A stretch of 64,000 nucleotides of DNA from Candidatus Latescibacterota bacterium. GTDB taxonomy: Bacteria > Latescibacterota > UBA2968. The notes beneath the pieces were generated by a model. That model had not been told where the DNA came from, did not search any database, and was given only the letters and a program-made list of their open reading frames with translations. A program made the translations under genes and the position numbers. Below are positions 63,912 through 64,000 of the stretch, piece by piece. The number at the start of each line of letters is the position of its first letter. Position 1 is the stretch's first letter. The stretch lies in contig OZ241986.1 in NCBI GenBank assembly GCA_965204375.1, positions 4,192,001 through 4,256,000 of the forward strand, in the 5' to 3' direction.

Positions 63912-64000
63912 AACAACGCTCCTTACAAAATGGTTTTCTCTGCACTCCGAGTTAAAAAAATAAAACAAAATACTTTTCGCAAAATATAAAACCGCACCTT

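Overview
Bacterial chromosomal window. The gene content suggests an FCB-group organism of the Latescibacterota/Gemmatimonadota type, possibly host- or sponge-associated (inference only). From left to right it carries: (1) a UBact/proteasome operon (arc-dop-ubact-prcB, running off the left edge); (2) three large secreted Ig/cohesin/dockerin proteins with FlgD/T9SS-like C-termini, behind a perfect sigma70 promoter and a ~440-nt leader; (3) a ~17-kb glycosylation island with rfbF/rfbG, a split transketolase, a GtrB-like GT2, an SMR-type flippase and four GT-C-like membrane proteins, one of them PIG-B/GT22-like; (4) accessory genes (Rpn with an internal in-frame start, Uma2, small coiled-coil proteins); (5) housekeeping genes (FGE, rplI-rpsR-rpsF, hppA, pth, rplY, ispE, a TPR protein, a sigma54 regulator, degP, an M24 peptidase); and (6) a degenerate NCS2 permease fused to an HATPase-like tail, next to a frameshifted four-Cache lipoprotein. 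The intergenic space is saturated with at least five short repeat families. The most unusual signal is a 35-nt hairpin mini-element found six times, always inserted without target duplication inside other repeat families. REP hairpins are also inserted in frame in several proteins. No rRNA, tRNA or CRISPR array was seen. All calls come from reading motifs by eye; no database searches were run.
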